From NCBI RefSeq assembly GCF_001194135.2, contig NC_068997.1:54495884-54559883 (forward strand): a stretch of 64,000 nucleotides of DNA, read 5' to 3'. This document shows, piece by piece, positions 12,469-25,580 of this stretch. Position 1 is the first letter of the stretch; each line of letters begins with the position of its first letter. A program made the translations under genes and the position numbers. Origin of the DNA: Octopus bimaculoides (lineage: Eukaryota). Under the pieces are notes generated by a model that did no database searches, was not told the origin of the DNA, and was given only the letters and a program-made list of their open reading frames with translations.

Positions 12469-13429
12469 CAAGAGATATAGAGTTAGTTCTTGATACGTGC
12501 GACCAATAAACCTGGCTGGTGAGATCAAGTTGTTATTTTTTCCGAAACAGTCTCAATATGAGGAGCAGTGAATATTGAATATATCTGCCTGACAAGCCTT
12601 TACAGTCGATTTTATTCCATTTTATTATGAAATCTCGCTATTGCCGTGTAAAGGAAATAATTGTAGTGAGGTTGTGGCAATGGAAAGTCATTTACTGAAA
12701 CAACGTTATGATTACATTTACCTATACACCAGTTTTTGTTTTGAATTCTGTTACTTTTCATGTTTTTTTTTTCTCTTTTCTTTCATTTGGTTCGTTTTGT
12801 GGGGATTTTGTTTGCTTTTTGCTTTTTTTTTTTTTTGNNNNNNNNNNNNNNNNNNNNNNNNNNNNNNNNNNNNNNNNNNNNNNNNNNNNNNNNNNNNNNN
12901 NNNNNNNNNNNNNNNNNNNNNNNNNNNNNNNNNNNNNNNNNNNNNNNNNNNNNNNNNNNNNNNNNNNNNNNNNNNNNNNNNNNNNNNNNNNNNNNNNNNN
13001 NNNNNNNNNNNNNNNNNNNNNNNNNNNNNNNNNNNNNNNNNNNNNNNNNNNNNNNNNNNNNNNNNNNNNNNNNNNNNNNNNNNNNNNNNNNNNNNNNNNN
13101 NNNNNNNNNNNNNNNNNNNNNNNNNNNNNNNNNNNNNNNNNNNNNNNNNNNNNNNNNNNNNNNNNNNNNNNNNNNNNNNNNNNNNNNNNNNNNNNNNNNN
13201 NNNNNNNNNNNNNNNNNNNNNNNNNNNNNNNNNNNNNNNNNNNNNNNNNNNNNNNNNNNNNNNNNNNNNNNNNNNNNNNNNNNNNNNNNNNNNNNNNNNN
13301 NNNNNNNTATATATATGTGTGTGTGTGTGTGTGCATATATGTAAATGTATGTATGTATGTATGTATGTATGTATGTTTTTATGTTTTGGCTCTTTTTACT
13401 GAAGTCTCACTGTTTGAGAGGTGAACACG

Positions 13430-13715
13430 ATGTTTTACAGATTCAACAATCGATATCTTCTTTCAAATTGATAATTATTTATCGTCAATAGATTCCAATA
13501 AGAATATCGATTCCTTTTGGTGAATGAAGCGCTGAATGTAGTGTAATAAGATCTATGATGTCTTTGGTGAGTGAGCTGTGTCCGTGTTACGGTTTCTATT
13601 CCTGTTTTAACCCTAAGCCTGTCACAGCAACTTTTTTCATTCATGTTCTTCAGAAAGGGATCAACTTCTCAGAGTCTTATTCTTGTTCTTTATCAATTTG
13701 TAGGCTTTACCGTAA
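13430..13715 (-). mobile_element. Possible Penelope-like GIY-YIG C-terminal relic
   Basis: Frameshifted reading KLIKNKNK..EEHE*KKVAVTGL..LHSPKGIDI resembles the PLE endonuclease end (HF..H.W..I.VTG..L.P.GIN). Confidence 0.35.
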
Positions 13716-13721
13716 AGGTGC

Positions 13722-14010
13722 ATGCTTAGTGGTTAGGGTGTTCGGCTAACTAACGTAAGGTCGTGTGTTCAATTCCTGGCGACGCGTTGTAACCTTGAGT
13801 AAGACACTTTATTTCACGTTGCTCCAGCCCACTCAGCTAACAAAAATTAGTAGCAGCCTTGTCACAATCTACATGATACTAAATCTCCCTGAAAACTAAG
13901 TTAAAGGTGCTGATGTCTGTGGAGTACTCAACCACTTGCACATTAATTTCACGAACGGGTTGTTCCTCTGACTGGATAAACCGGAATATGCATCGTCGTA
14001 ACCGACGGAG
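13722..14010 (+). mobile_element. CORE-like SINE, family C
   Basis: tRNA head tagtggttagggtgttcggc..gtgttcaattcctgg (A/B-box-like), ccttgagtaagacactttatttcacgttgctccag core. Confidence 0.8.
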
Positions 14011-14164
14011 GAGTAGATTTTTGAAAAAGCATTTCAGAGGTCTAACGACCATTACGTTGCTTACTGTTGTTGTTTAGCCCCAGCTTAGTCCTTATCGAGA
14101 AGAGCTACCACCCAAATTCTTCTCATCCCGACCATTCCGCATCTTCATACATATATAGATTCAT

Positions 14165-14292
14165 TTTTTAAAAATTTGTTTCAGTCATTTGACTGCGGCA
14201 ATGCTGGAGCAGTGCCTTTAGTCGAGCAAATCGTCCCCAAAACTTATTCTTTGTAAGCCTAGTACGTATTCTATCGGTATCTTTGCCGAACC
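14165..14292 (-). mobile_element. SINE family B, 3' part, cut by a gap
   Basis: tttcagtcatttgactgcggcaatgctggagcagtgcctttagtcgagcaaatcg..gccgaacc. Confidence 0.85.
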
Positions 14293-14879
14293 NNNNNNNN
14301 NNNNNNNNNNNNNNNNNNNNNNNNNNNNNNNNNNNNNNNNNNNNNNNNNNNNNNNNNNNNNNNNNNNNNNNNNNNNNNNNNNNNNNNNNNNNNNNNNNNN
14401 NNNNNNNNNNNNNNNNNNNNNNNNNNNNNNNNNNNNNNNNNNNNNNNNNNNNNNNNNNNNNNNNNNNNNNNNNNNNNNNNNNNNNNNNNNNNNNNNNNNN
14501 NNNNNNNNNNNNNNNNNNNNNNNNNNNNNNNNNNNNNNNNNNNNNNNNNNNNNNNNNNNNNNNNNNNNNNNNNNNNNNNNNNNNNNNNNNNNNNNNNNNN
14601 NNNNNNNNNNNNNNNNNNNNNNNNNNNNNNNNNNNNNNNNNNNNNNNNNNNTTTATATATATATATCGTTGCTATCATGTTAAACTGCTGTATGCCCAAA
14701 TTTGGCCAAATGCGGGTTTTTTTTTGGTTTTTTTCAATATTTGATTTTGCTTGCAATAGCCGGTTCTTTTGGTCAAACTATCGTATCTCCAGCTGCGTCA
14801 GATGCCAAGATATGAAAAATTGTCAAAGTGTATTATAACGGTTTTGCTATGGAATGGTGAAACTATTTTTCAGTTTTCT

Positions 14880-15480
14880 AAAAAAGCAACGTTTCGGACC
14901 TATGACACTTTTGCATAATAGCAACAATATATATGTGAGTTATGAGGTCACGTGTCTAGATTAGGAATTAATATGAAAGACAAATTTGTGAAATGTATGT
15001 CTGAGATGTGTCTGTGATGTCTGTACTGGAGTATCTATGTTGGTGACTGTGGATCTGGGGTTATTGCATTGTGAGAATGTTGACTCCTTTCCGTGCAAGA
15101 TACCACTCTGCTGAGCTTCTCTAAAGCTTGCAAAGGTCCTCCTTTCTTCCTTGAAATGTGATTCTACTTTATTAAAAATTAGTGGGTGGACTGAGAAATG
15201 TTTTGAAGTATTTACTAAGTGGTTGCAGTAGATAAGCGTTGGGAGCAGAGTTTAATGTTTGCCAGAGAATTGTTGAGGTTGTTTAGGTGAACAATATGTG
15301 TGTATTTGTGAAAATTGTTTAGAATATAAAAGGCGTTTAGTCGTGACGCTATGATGTCAGGTCTTTTGATATAATTTGAAAACGATCGACCGCTGAATGA
15401 AGCCAGCGCAAATCGAACGTTTGAAGTCATTGCTGATGTGTTCTTTGTGAAAATAAGTTTCATGGTCTATTTGAATGTAT
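14880..15480 (-). mobile_element. Unclassified decayed retroelement-like segment (possibly Penelope-related)
   Basis: A/C-rich minus strand with an 82-aa ORF, and a ggtccGAAACgtt hammerhead-like half site shared with 37190. Confidence 0.25.
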
Positions 15481-15646
15481 TCAGTGATCCTTCAGTTAAT
15501 GTATGACTACAGCTGTGTATGACTGTACTTGCAAACCACGTGCATCTATCTATATGTGTGTGTGTAGATATATACGTATGCGAGCGCATTTATTTTTATC
15601 TATCTGTTTGTCTATCTATATACCTCTTTATCTATCTTTCTCCCTC

Positions 15647-15711
<65 letters not shown>

Positions 15712-16337
15712 NNNNNNNNNNNNNNNNNNNNNNNNNNNNNNNNNNNNNNNNNNNNNNNNNNNNNNNNNNNNNNNNNNNNNNNNNNNNNNNNNNNNNNNNN
15801 NNNNNNNNNNNNNNNNNNNNNNNNNNNNNNNNNNNNNNNNNNNNNNNNNNNNNNNNNNNNNNNNNNNNNNNNNNNNNNNNNNNNNNNNNNNNNNNNNNNN
15901 NNNNNNNNNNNNNNNNNNNNNNNNNNNNNNNNNNNNNNNNNNNNNNNNNNNNNNNNNNNNNNNNNNNNNNNNNNNNNNNNNNNNNNNNNNNNNNNNNNNN
16001 NNNNNNNNNNNNNNNNNNNNNNNNNNNNNNNNNNNNNNNNNNNNNNNNNNNNNNNNNNNNNNNNNNNNNNNNNNNNNNNNNNNNNNNNNNNNNNNNNNNN
16101 NNNNNNNNNNNNNNNNNNNNNNNNNNNNNNNNNNNNNNNNNNNNNNNTATATATATATATATATAAACCAATGTTGCTGGAACGTGTAATAAATTTATAT
16201 AGAACACAAAGACATCAGGTAAAAAAAATGGCTCAATAGGTAGAGACTAAACGTTTATTAGACCCTTTATAGTCCTGTGTAATGTATGTGTGTGTGTGTA
16301 TTTGTGTGTGTTTGTGTGTGTGTGAGAGAGAGAGAGA

Positions 16338-16372
<35 letters not shown>

Positions 16373-16590
16373 AAAGAGAGATCTTGTGTTATATGCAGTG
16401 AAGTGGCTCTCTATTCACAGGTGTGTGTATATCATAATTAGGTTACAGCTGAATAGATACAACATCTAAAAAGACAGACTCACCTAATTCCTAATTAGAT
16501 AACGTCATTTACGTCTACTTCTTAATGGACTGTTTTGATTTGTGTAGCAAACAAATTATCTAGACACACCTTCGCATCAATTACATATGC

Positions 16591-16621
<31 letters not shown>

Positions 16622-17874
16622 CGTGCACACATACAAACACATACACACACACACACATATGCATACATATATATTATATTATGGATATGCATATCAATAT
16701 GCATACATATGTATGTGCGTAAGTGTATATGTTTGTGTATGCATATATATATATTTATATATATATAAGTGGCATTTAAGTGGCAAATATACTTCACGTA
16801 TACATATATATATATATGCATATATTTATATATATACTTATATATAAGATCGGAAGAGCGNNNNNNNNNNNNNNNNNNNNNNNNNNNNNNNNNNNNNNNN
16901 NNNNNNNNNNNNNNNNNNNNNNNNNNNNNNNNNNNNNNNNNNNNNNNNNNNNNNNNNNNNNNNNNNNNNNNNNNNNNNNNNNNNNNNNNNNNNNNNNNNN
17001 NNNNNNNNNNNNNNNNNNNNNNNNNNNNNNNNNNNNNNNNNNNNNNNNNNNNNNNNNNNNNNNNNNNNNNNNNNNNNNNNNNNNNNNNNNNNNNNNNNNN
17101 NNNNNNNNNNNNNNATATATATATATATGCTTCTTTCTTAATTGTGGCTGTTCGTTTAGAAGATTCTTAATTGTACTCTTCAAAGAATTTTTAATCTCTA
17201 ACGTACAAGTAGAATACTAACGACTTCCATTTGATTAGCAGCAGCGGAGAGAGGCGACAGGAAGAACTGCGTGGCATTGTTCAAAAACTATATATGTGCA
17301 TATGTGAATGTTTCTATTTCTCAATGTATACGTATATCTATGCATATACATTCGTGTATATATATATTTGTGTATGCATGTGTTTTTGTGTGTATGTGCG
17401 TGTTTCTATATATATATACATACATATCTATATATATATACATATGCATATATATAAACACATACAAACATGCATACATAAGTACACGTATATATGCGTA
17501 CGTGTCTAGACACACACACACACACACACAGATAAGATGATCCTCCGTCGATTTCGAATATTCAATTTTTCATTCAACCGAATGACCTATAAATTTGAAT
17601 TAACAATTTCAATAGTTGAGTCGAAATTGCGTTCTTTCAAAAACAAACCTTATACAATTTGTATTTTACCGTAAATTGCTGGACAATTTCCATATTTAAA
17701 TTCAAAATCATTTAGACATTATCGGAGTAATAAATATTTTGTAAACACAAGAATTTATTCGCGTGCAAATTTACCAAAGTTTTGAATAGATTTCAATGCA
17801 ATAAATTCTGAATAGATTGAAATGGTTGTGGGTGTGAATATCTGTGTATATTTGAGTGTCTCTAATAAGAATGC

Positions 17875-18110
17875 AAAATATTCTATAGTCGCCGCATTTT
17901 GTTCCACTGGTCAGATGGTTCATCTGTAACCAGCGCTCTCTGGGAGGTGGATTCGTCATACGATGGCTAGTAATTCGCAAACATGCGCTGAAGCTGTGGC
18001 AGCGGCTAGTTTTACCGAGCGGTGAGCAAATACGGCTTTCTTTTCTTTGTGAGACATGCTTTGCGGCAGCTCATCTCTTTGACGGTGCTGTAGCCTTTGT
18101 CTAGGTAATG
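17875..18110 (+). mobile_element. L1/Tx1-clade LINE ORF2 relic (post-RT region)
   Basis: Open frame VPLVRWFICNQRSLGGGFVIRWLVIRKHALKL..GEQI resembles the W.G..P.V....L..P...GGLG post-RT motif; locally higher GC. Confidence 0.5.
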
Positions 18111-18159
18111 TCTTTGTAAAGCCATACCCATCTGATGCTCCTCTGGCAAATGAAGCCTC

Positions 18160-18169
18160 CTCCTCCTCC

Positions 18170-18224
<55 letters not shown>

Positions 18225-18520
18225 TACCACCAATCATCGAGCTGGCAAAATCGTTATCACGCCGGGCAAATTGTTTAGCGGTATTTCGTCCGTCTTTGCG
18301 TTATGGGTTCAAATTCCGCCGTAGTCGACTTTGCTTGTCTACCACCACTATCACCACCACCACCACCACTGCTAATAGTACCATTACTACCACCACTATC
18401 ACACTACTAATAGTATTACTACTGCCACCACCACCAGTACTACCACTACTACTACCACCACGACCACCACCACCACCACAATTATTACTACTACTACTTC
18501 TACTACAACTACTACTACTA
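18160..18520. repeat. (CAT)n and (CAC/CTA)n trinucleotide repeats around a SINE A head (18236-18335)
   Basis: Directly visible; gagctggcaaaatcgttatcacgccggg..ttcaaattccgccgtagtcgacttt. Confidence 0.85.
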
Positions 18521-18833
18521 CTAGCATTGTTCTTAATAGTAGCCATAGTCACAGCAACAGTCGTATTTTCTTTTCCTACTAGACATAAATCACGTGGTCT
18601 GTCATGGAGTTTAAACTGTAGATTCATGGGAGAATCGGTGTCTTGTTCAATTTATCGGACAGCAAGTCTCAGAAAACCAGGTGTCGGCCACAAGCAAAAT
18701 AGACGCCTTGTGGATAGGAATCCGATAAAGTGTTCTCTGCTGAAACACATCAGTGTGTGTGTCGCGTGTGTGTGTATGTCGCGTGTGTGTGTGTTGTGTG
18801 TGTGTTGTGTGTGTGTTGTGTGTGTATGTGTGT

Positions 18834-18864
<31 letters not shown>

Positions 18865-19392
18865 CTACTTTGTTTGGGGTTCTGTTCTGTCTATACGCGC
18901 ATTTATGCTTCTATCTCCCGACATGATTCATAAATGTGAACTGTATATATGACTACGTCGTGCACGTGTCTATTCTGAGCGTGTGTATGGGTATGTGTGC
19001 ATATGTGTGTATGCGTGTGTGTTTGTATGTATATATGTGTGTGTGGGGTGCTATTGTCTGCGTTTGTATATTGCGTATGTATTTGTGTGTTTATGCGTGT
19101 GAGTGTGCGTATGTGACCTACAGCATGTGAATGTCTATAATGTTTGTGTGCGATGTGTGTATCTGTCGATGCCTGTGTATTGCGTCTGTGTAGCGTGTGT
19201 GTGTTGGTGTGTGATTGTGTACGCGTGTGTAATACAGTCTTTATGTGACGTGGTGTGTGTGTGTGTGTGTGTGTTTCAATTAGTCTTTCATTTACCATTG
19301 TGGAAATTTCTTCATTCTTGCTCTCTCAAATCATGCTTATAGAACGTGTCTAGAGTTTCCTACATACGCATACACATATATGCATACATTCA

Positions 19393-19517
<125 letters not shown>

Positions 19518-20168
19518 TGACCGGTTTCACTTTTTTAGAAAAAGATTGTCAAAAGTAAAATGTAAAGCTTTATATAAGTTTTGTTGTGTTAAGTACAGGT
19601 TGTCAGAAGAGTGTTAATATATATATATATATACATTCTTTGATGATAATAATAAGAAAATGTTAAAAACAGTTTAAAAGAACGAACGATCGAATGAAGA
19701 ATTTTTTCAACAGATTTATGGTTTTGCCCCACTATACTTTCACCAGTGGCACCACACTTGTTCCTGGGATTTTGTTCAGCGTTATCTTGTGGAAATAAAG
19801 CATTTATTTCAGTATTAGAACAGATTTGCTTTGCTTGTAGGAGCTGGGTATTTTTTTCTTTTTGTTGCTTTTGTGGTTATTTCAGTGCTTTGTGTTGCGT
19901 GTGTTACGTTATGTGATTTGGAGACAACTGAGTAGGAAATGGGTTCTGTGAGTTGTAAGAGTTGTAGTATCAGCTAACGATTACGGAAGGGTATGTCTGA
20001 ATTCATTGGTTGATTGTTGCATAGTGTAAGGTGTCGTATGCAGAGAAGTGTACTGTCTGAATTCGGAATTTGAACTCAAGACGTAAAGAGTCGGAATTAA
20101 TATAGAAAAATAAAATAAAACAAACGACAACACAAATCGAGTTGAATTCGTCGCACTCAGTAAACTTA

Positions 20169-20229
<61 letters not shown>

Positions 20230-20465
20230 AAGAAGAAGAAGAAGAAGAAGAAGAAGAAGGAGAAGAAGAAGAAGAAGAAGAAGAAGAAGAAGAAGAAGAA
20301 GAAGAAGAAGAAGAAGAACAACAACAACAACAAGAAGAAGAAGAAGAAGAAGAAGAAGAAGAAGAAGAAGAAGAAGAAGAAGAAGAAGAAGAAGAAGAAG
20401 AAGAAGAAGAAGAAGAAGAAGAAGAAGAAGAAGAAGAAGAAGAAGAAGAAGAAGAAGAAGAAGAA
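20169..20465. repeat. (AAT)n followed by a ~265-bp (GAA)n microsatellite
   Basis: Directly visible. Confidence 0.97.
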
Positions 20466-21159
20466 GGCGTCAGAGTACATTAAATTCGGTGAAACTCAAC
20501 AAAATCGTCATGTATCCATTATACTTCCTAATGGCACATGTCATATATTTCACTCCTACTTAGAAGAAAGTTGCGGAATTGAATTTCGGAATAAAACTGA
20601 AATATATAAGTATACAAAACCAAACAAAAGAAGAAAGAGAAAAAAAAAAAAGAAAGCAAACGGGAAAATATCACGTTTAGGTCGACTCTAACGAAGAAAA
20701 TAAAATAAAACTATTTTAAAGAAATATAATAAATGCTGAAAAATAAAAGCAACAGAAACTTGTATATGTTAGGAGAATCTGTGAAGAAGTTAAAGAAACG
20801 GTTTAACATGTTATTAGATAGTTTGTGTAATATTTCTAATATGATATCTAAAGTAAACTAACGCACTAATAGCACGCAAAGCGGACATGCTCCTTTCCTG
20901 GCAACAACAACAACAACAAAACAAATATTCTATCCGTTTTGTTTGACATTGGCTTTTGGTTTGTTATCCGTACTTCTTTCTTTCTCTCTCTCTCACACTG
21001 TCTCTCTCTCTCTCTTTCTCTCACCCTTTGTATATATATNNNNNNNNNNTATATATATATATATATATATATGTTTGTGTGTGTATGTATATATAATTAA
21101 AATAATAATGAATAAAATAAATAATACATATTTTAACTTATATACGTCTCTCTCTCTTA

Positions 21160-21205
<46 letters not shown>

Positions 21206-22683
21206 TGCGACTGCATTTGTCAGCCGTTATGAAATGTAGAAATCTTACATAAGCACCAAGCCTGAAGGGGAAAACCATAACGAGCGGTTTATAACGGCTT
21301 ATAACTGCGAAACCGGAAATACTACAGCAGAGAAGCGCCCCCAGTTGTTATTTAAAAAAAAAATCTCTATCAACTCAAATATTTTAAGGTAGATATTGAT
21401 AGGAAAGCTTCATACAACCAATGTGTATATGTCCATTTGTTTTACAAGAAAAGAAAACGCAAAAACATGTCTGCCAATATGAAGAGAGTTGAAGACATGT
21501 TAGTTATGTATTTATTCTTTAGCCACATATTCTTAATATGATATACTCATACTGTATTTAAATTAAATGATAATATATCTATTTTTAATAAAATAATATT
21601 CATGCGCGTTTTGTGTGCGTGTGTGTGTGTGCGTGTATGTGTGTGTATATAATTTAATGAATAATAAAAGAACGGGAGTTACGTAATAACATTCATTAAC
21701 TTACGGCTGTTTCTGCTATAAAAGCTGAGTGTTTTTGTAACATTCTATAACTTCTTCGGAACCATTAAAATGAAATGTATGTTTATTTCGAAAAGTTCTG
21801 CTGACAGGTTGTTTGTATCAGTCTACCCAAGTGAAATCGTAAATTTATAGATTGTTATATCGATCCCTCCATCAATTTTGCTATGTGTGTTGGTGTGTGT
21901 GTGCGTAAAAAGATACATCGGTATATAAGCTGCCCCAAAGTTACGAAATTCAGTTTAATAAATATGTGTTGATACTTTATCTCCAGTATTGAGTACTAAC
22001 ACTTACTTTTTCTTTCACACTAAAGAGATTGCATTCAAGAGTTTGCTCACACACAGGTTGCTGCTGCTAACACCTAATCCAGTACGGCCTATTGCATGCT
22101 CGGCCACTGAAAGTTACAACAAAGACAGCTTGGTGAGAGGGTTTGTTAAAGAATGAATGGCAAGGTTCATTCCGCTGCGATTTGAACTCAGAGCGCAGAT
22201 AGGCGGACTCTTACGGTTCTGTCAATTCGTCTCCTAACTCGAACAACCTAAAATAAAGTGCCTTATATCAAGGACACAACCTGTCGTTCTGTCCCAGAGA
22301 ATCGAACACACGGTTAACGACAGTTAGCGCAACATACCTAACCACTTCTCCACACGAACTTGCTTGTTATGCCAGAGTTTTTCAACCTCACCAATGAAAG
22401 AAGTAGAGTGGTTTCAGTAGTCACATACTTGGTTTCTTTTCTGTAAACAACTTCGGCAGATTTCAACGACACTAATGAAACGAGAGGCACGACGAAAGAT
22501 TAATCAAGTTTACAGCATAGTCACTGCTCCCAGCAGTGAACTGTGCCTCCCCTGCGGTATATCTTTTACTCTTGGCTATCATCAGGTAACAATTTATGTT
22601 TACGTTCATCGAATTTAATTAATATCAGGACTTCTACTGTCTACTAAAGCTTCTCCCCAAAAGCCGCTTTGTTAGATTCACAC

Positions 22684-22750
<67 letters not shown>

Positions 22751-23382
22751 AATATATGAGTATATGCATATATATGTACATGTATGTATATACGTTCATC
22801 TACATGTACATATAGATACATAACTGGGTACATGACGTGGCAAAAGAACAAGGACAAAATGGTAAACAAGGTGCAACAAACAAGCAGGCCACATAGAAAC
22901 ATCCCCTTCATCAGCTGCCACATATATACATATACATATATACATACATATACATGCAAACATGCATATATAAATATATATGCATACATGTATACTTGAG
23001 CACGTGCATACACACACACACACACACACATATGTGTGCGTGTGTGTGCACGCGCGTGCGCCCGCGTCTATGCAGGTATGCATGTATGTATGCATGTATG
23101 TATAACATCGCTCACTGTTACTTCTTTCCAAAATTGGACGGCGGATATGTTGGGTTGCCACCTTCGAAATATTTTGTGGATCGTTTTGAAACCAGTATTT
23201 CTTTTGTTTTTCATGTAGTCTTATACCTATCTTGTCGAATCCCATTTGTCACACTGCCCAGTTACTTTTTTCAGGTGGTATCAGCATAAAAGCGGACATG
23301 GATTCACACTCGTACAACAGACACACACACACAAACACACACACACACAAGCACACACACACACACACACAAGCACACACAC

Positions 23383-23426
<44 letters not shown>

Positions 23427-23604
23427 CTTGTGTACAATAGTATGACAGCAAAATCTGTATTATCTTTAGAATTTGAACGTTAAGCATCGCAAACTCCTCC
23501 ACAGAGGAAGTAAATATGTTTACATCCAACACGAAAATTCAATTATTTCCACGCTACATGAGGCCGCATGAAGTTATTTTTCTTCTTTATTTATTGTAAA
23601 CATA

Positions 23605-24040
23605 GTGGAGGCGCAATGGCCCAGTGGTTAGGGCAGCGGACTCGCGGTCATAGGATCGCGGTTTCGATTCCCAGACCGGGCCTTGTGAGTGTTTATTGAG
23701 CGAATACACATTAAATTCCACGAGGCTCCAGCAGCGGATGGTGGGGAACTCTGTTGTACTCTTCAACCACAACTTTTTCTCACTCTTTCTTCCTGTTTCT
23801 GTTGTACCCGTATTTCAAAGAGCCAGCCTTGTCACACTGTGTCACGCTGAATATCCCCGAGAACTACATTAAGGGTACACGTGTCTGTGGAGTGCTCAGC
23901 CACTTGCACGTNNNNNNNNNNAGGGTACACGTGTCTGTGGAGTGCTCAGCCACTTGCACGTTAATTTCACGAGCAGGCTGTTCCGTTGACCGGATCAACT
24001 GGAACCCTCGACGTCGTAAGCGACCGAGTGCCAACACATT
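23605..24040 (+). mobile_element. Young tRNA-derived SINE (family C variant) with intact pol III boxes
   Basis: ggcgcaaTGGCCCAGTGGttagggcagcgg (A box)..GGTTTCGATTCCC (B box); 3' body shared with 11685 and 13722; a 40-bp overlap is duplicated across a 10-N gap. Confidence 0.9.
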
Positions 24041-25344
24041 GTAAGCATATTTCTCATTCCTATGTATATGTACTGACATTTAGTTGGTTAGTTAGTAAGG
24101 AAAATTGGCCGCCGAAAACCCAGAATTTATCTCCCTTCTTACATCAAAGCCTTTACGTCAAAGATGACTCGATCTTGATTTGAAATGACAACTTTACTCA
24201 CCGAATTCGTTATTGTTCTCTGACGGTCGAATCCTATTCTTTTTTGCTGCTTTATCAGGGAAGTACAACAGTTGTGGCCCTTCTAAGAGCCTCTGAAAAA
24301 GCTGAAGGAAGGATTGTCAGAAGGAATTCTTTAGCCGCAATGAGTGAACTGACTAGTTGTGGTCTTAAACTGGACAAGTTAATTCATCTTTGCAAGTAGT
24401 TCCTAACGGGATTTGAACCCAAGAAGCAAAGACTTGTAACAAGTACCACAAGGCATCGCTTTCAATGTCAGCCAATCAACTGAATGCGAACGATACTTTA
24501 TTTATCAAGACGGTCCTTGTAAAGTTGGTCTCGACGTGATTTGAACGCGAAGGTCATGAACCGGAATAAACGTTACCAAGACATTTTGACCGGCTCTCTA
24601 ACTCGACTAATTTCTACAGTCTCCATACTATTTGGAAAAGAATAGTCTGTTTGTATTTTTGACCCTATGTAGTGTTGCGTGAGTTGTAGCTAACTAACAT
24701 TAACTAAGTTCGATAGTAAGCGAATATTGATTTGGTCCGATGATGACAGCCTAAAGGTAAGATTTTCTCTCAGATGGTTTCGTTACAAAAGATTTTGGTC
24801 TGTAAATCGCTTACACTGTTGCTTCTTTTCTCGATCATATCCAATAATTTCAATTCAAATATTCCCTTGCTGCTATTTCTTCATCATCGAGTCTCAATTA
24901 TTGTAATCTTTGCTAAACATCATTCTCAACGTTAATATAGAAATCTTATAGAATAATTCTCTCATACAGAGTTGCGAGCGCGCGCGTGTGTGGTTCTATA
25001 GCTTTCATGCTGTTCTGCAAAAAATGATGGCAGATAATTCCGGAAATTTGTTTTTAGATTTCCTCTTCTTCCACTGCGAGAAGAGAGGAAGCGAAAGACT
25101 GAGGAAGAGAGAAAGAGAGAGAAAGAGAAAGAGAGAGGGAAAGAGAAAGAAAGAGAGAAAGGATGTGCAAACCACAACCATAAATTCCAGCCAAAAGCTA
25201 GCACAAATGACTTGCAACGGGCATCATGTGATGACTGACCCACAGAGCAGACGAAAAGAAGTAAGCATATTCGAACTTGAAAACCCTGGGACCTATATAA
25301 ACAGTTGCAATGAAATCGTGTCAGAGACGTACCCACAGAATCAT

Positions 25345-25580
25345 TAGGCCGGAGATTTATCCGGGTTTAATTGACACATATGTGTCCCAGATTACAATGT
25401 TCCCTCTTCATCGGGATACCAGTTCATCACAGGGTCAAACCCCAGCTGTTGTTGAGACTCATTTTCCCCTCAGTTGACTAAAGCAACGTGAAATGGAGTG
25501 ATTTGCTCAAGAACACATCGCACTGCTCTGTCTAAAGTTCGAAACCTCAATTTTATGGTCATTTGTCTGACAATCTAATC
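25345..25580 (-). mobile_element. CORE-like SINE, diverged
   Basis: gactaaagcaacgtgaaatggagtgatttgctcaagaacacatcg..gttcgaaacc..aatcactggtccacgcgccttc. Confidence 0.65.

Noticed and set aside
23605-23680. tRNA-like sequence with A and B boxes
   Set aside because: It is the head of a SINE with no acceptor-stem closure, and it continues into the SINE body.
23871-23951. 40-bp direct repeat around 10 Ns (a similar case at 44650-44730)
   Set aside because: Duplicated contig overlap across a nominal gap; an assembly artefact, not a biological tandem repeat or CRISPR.
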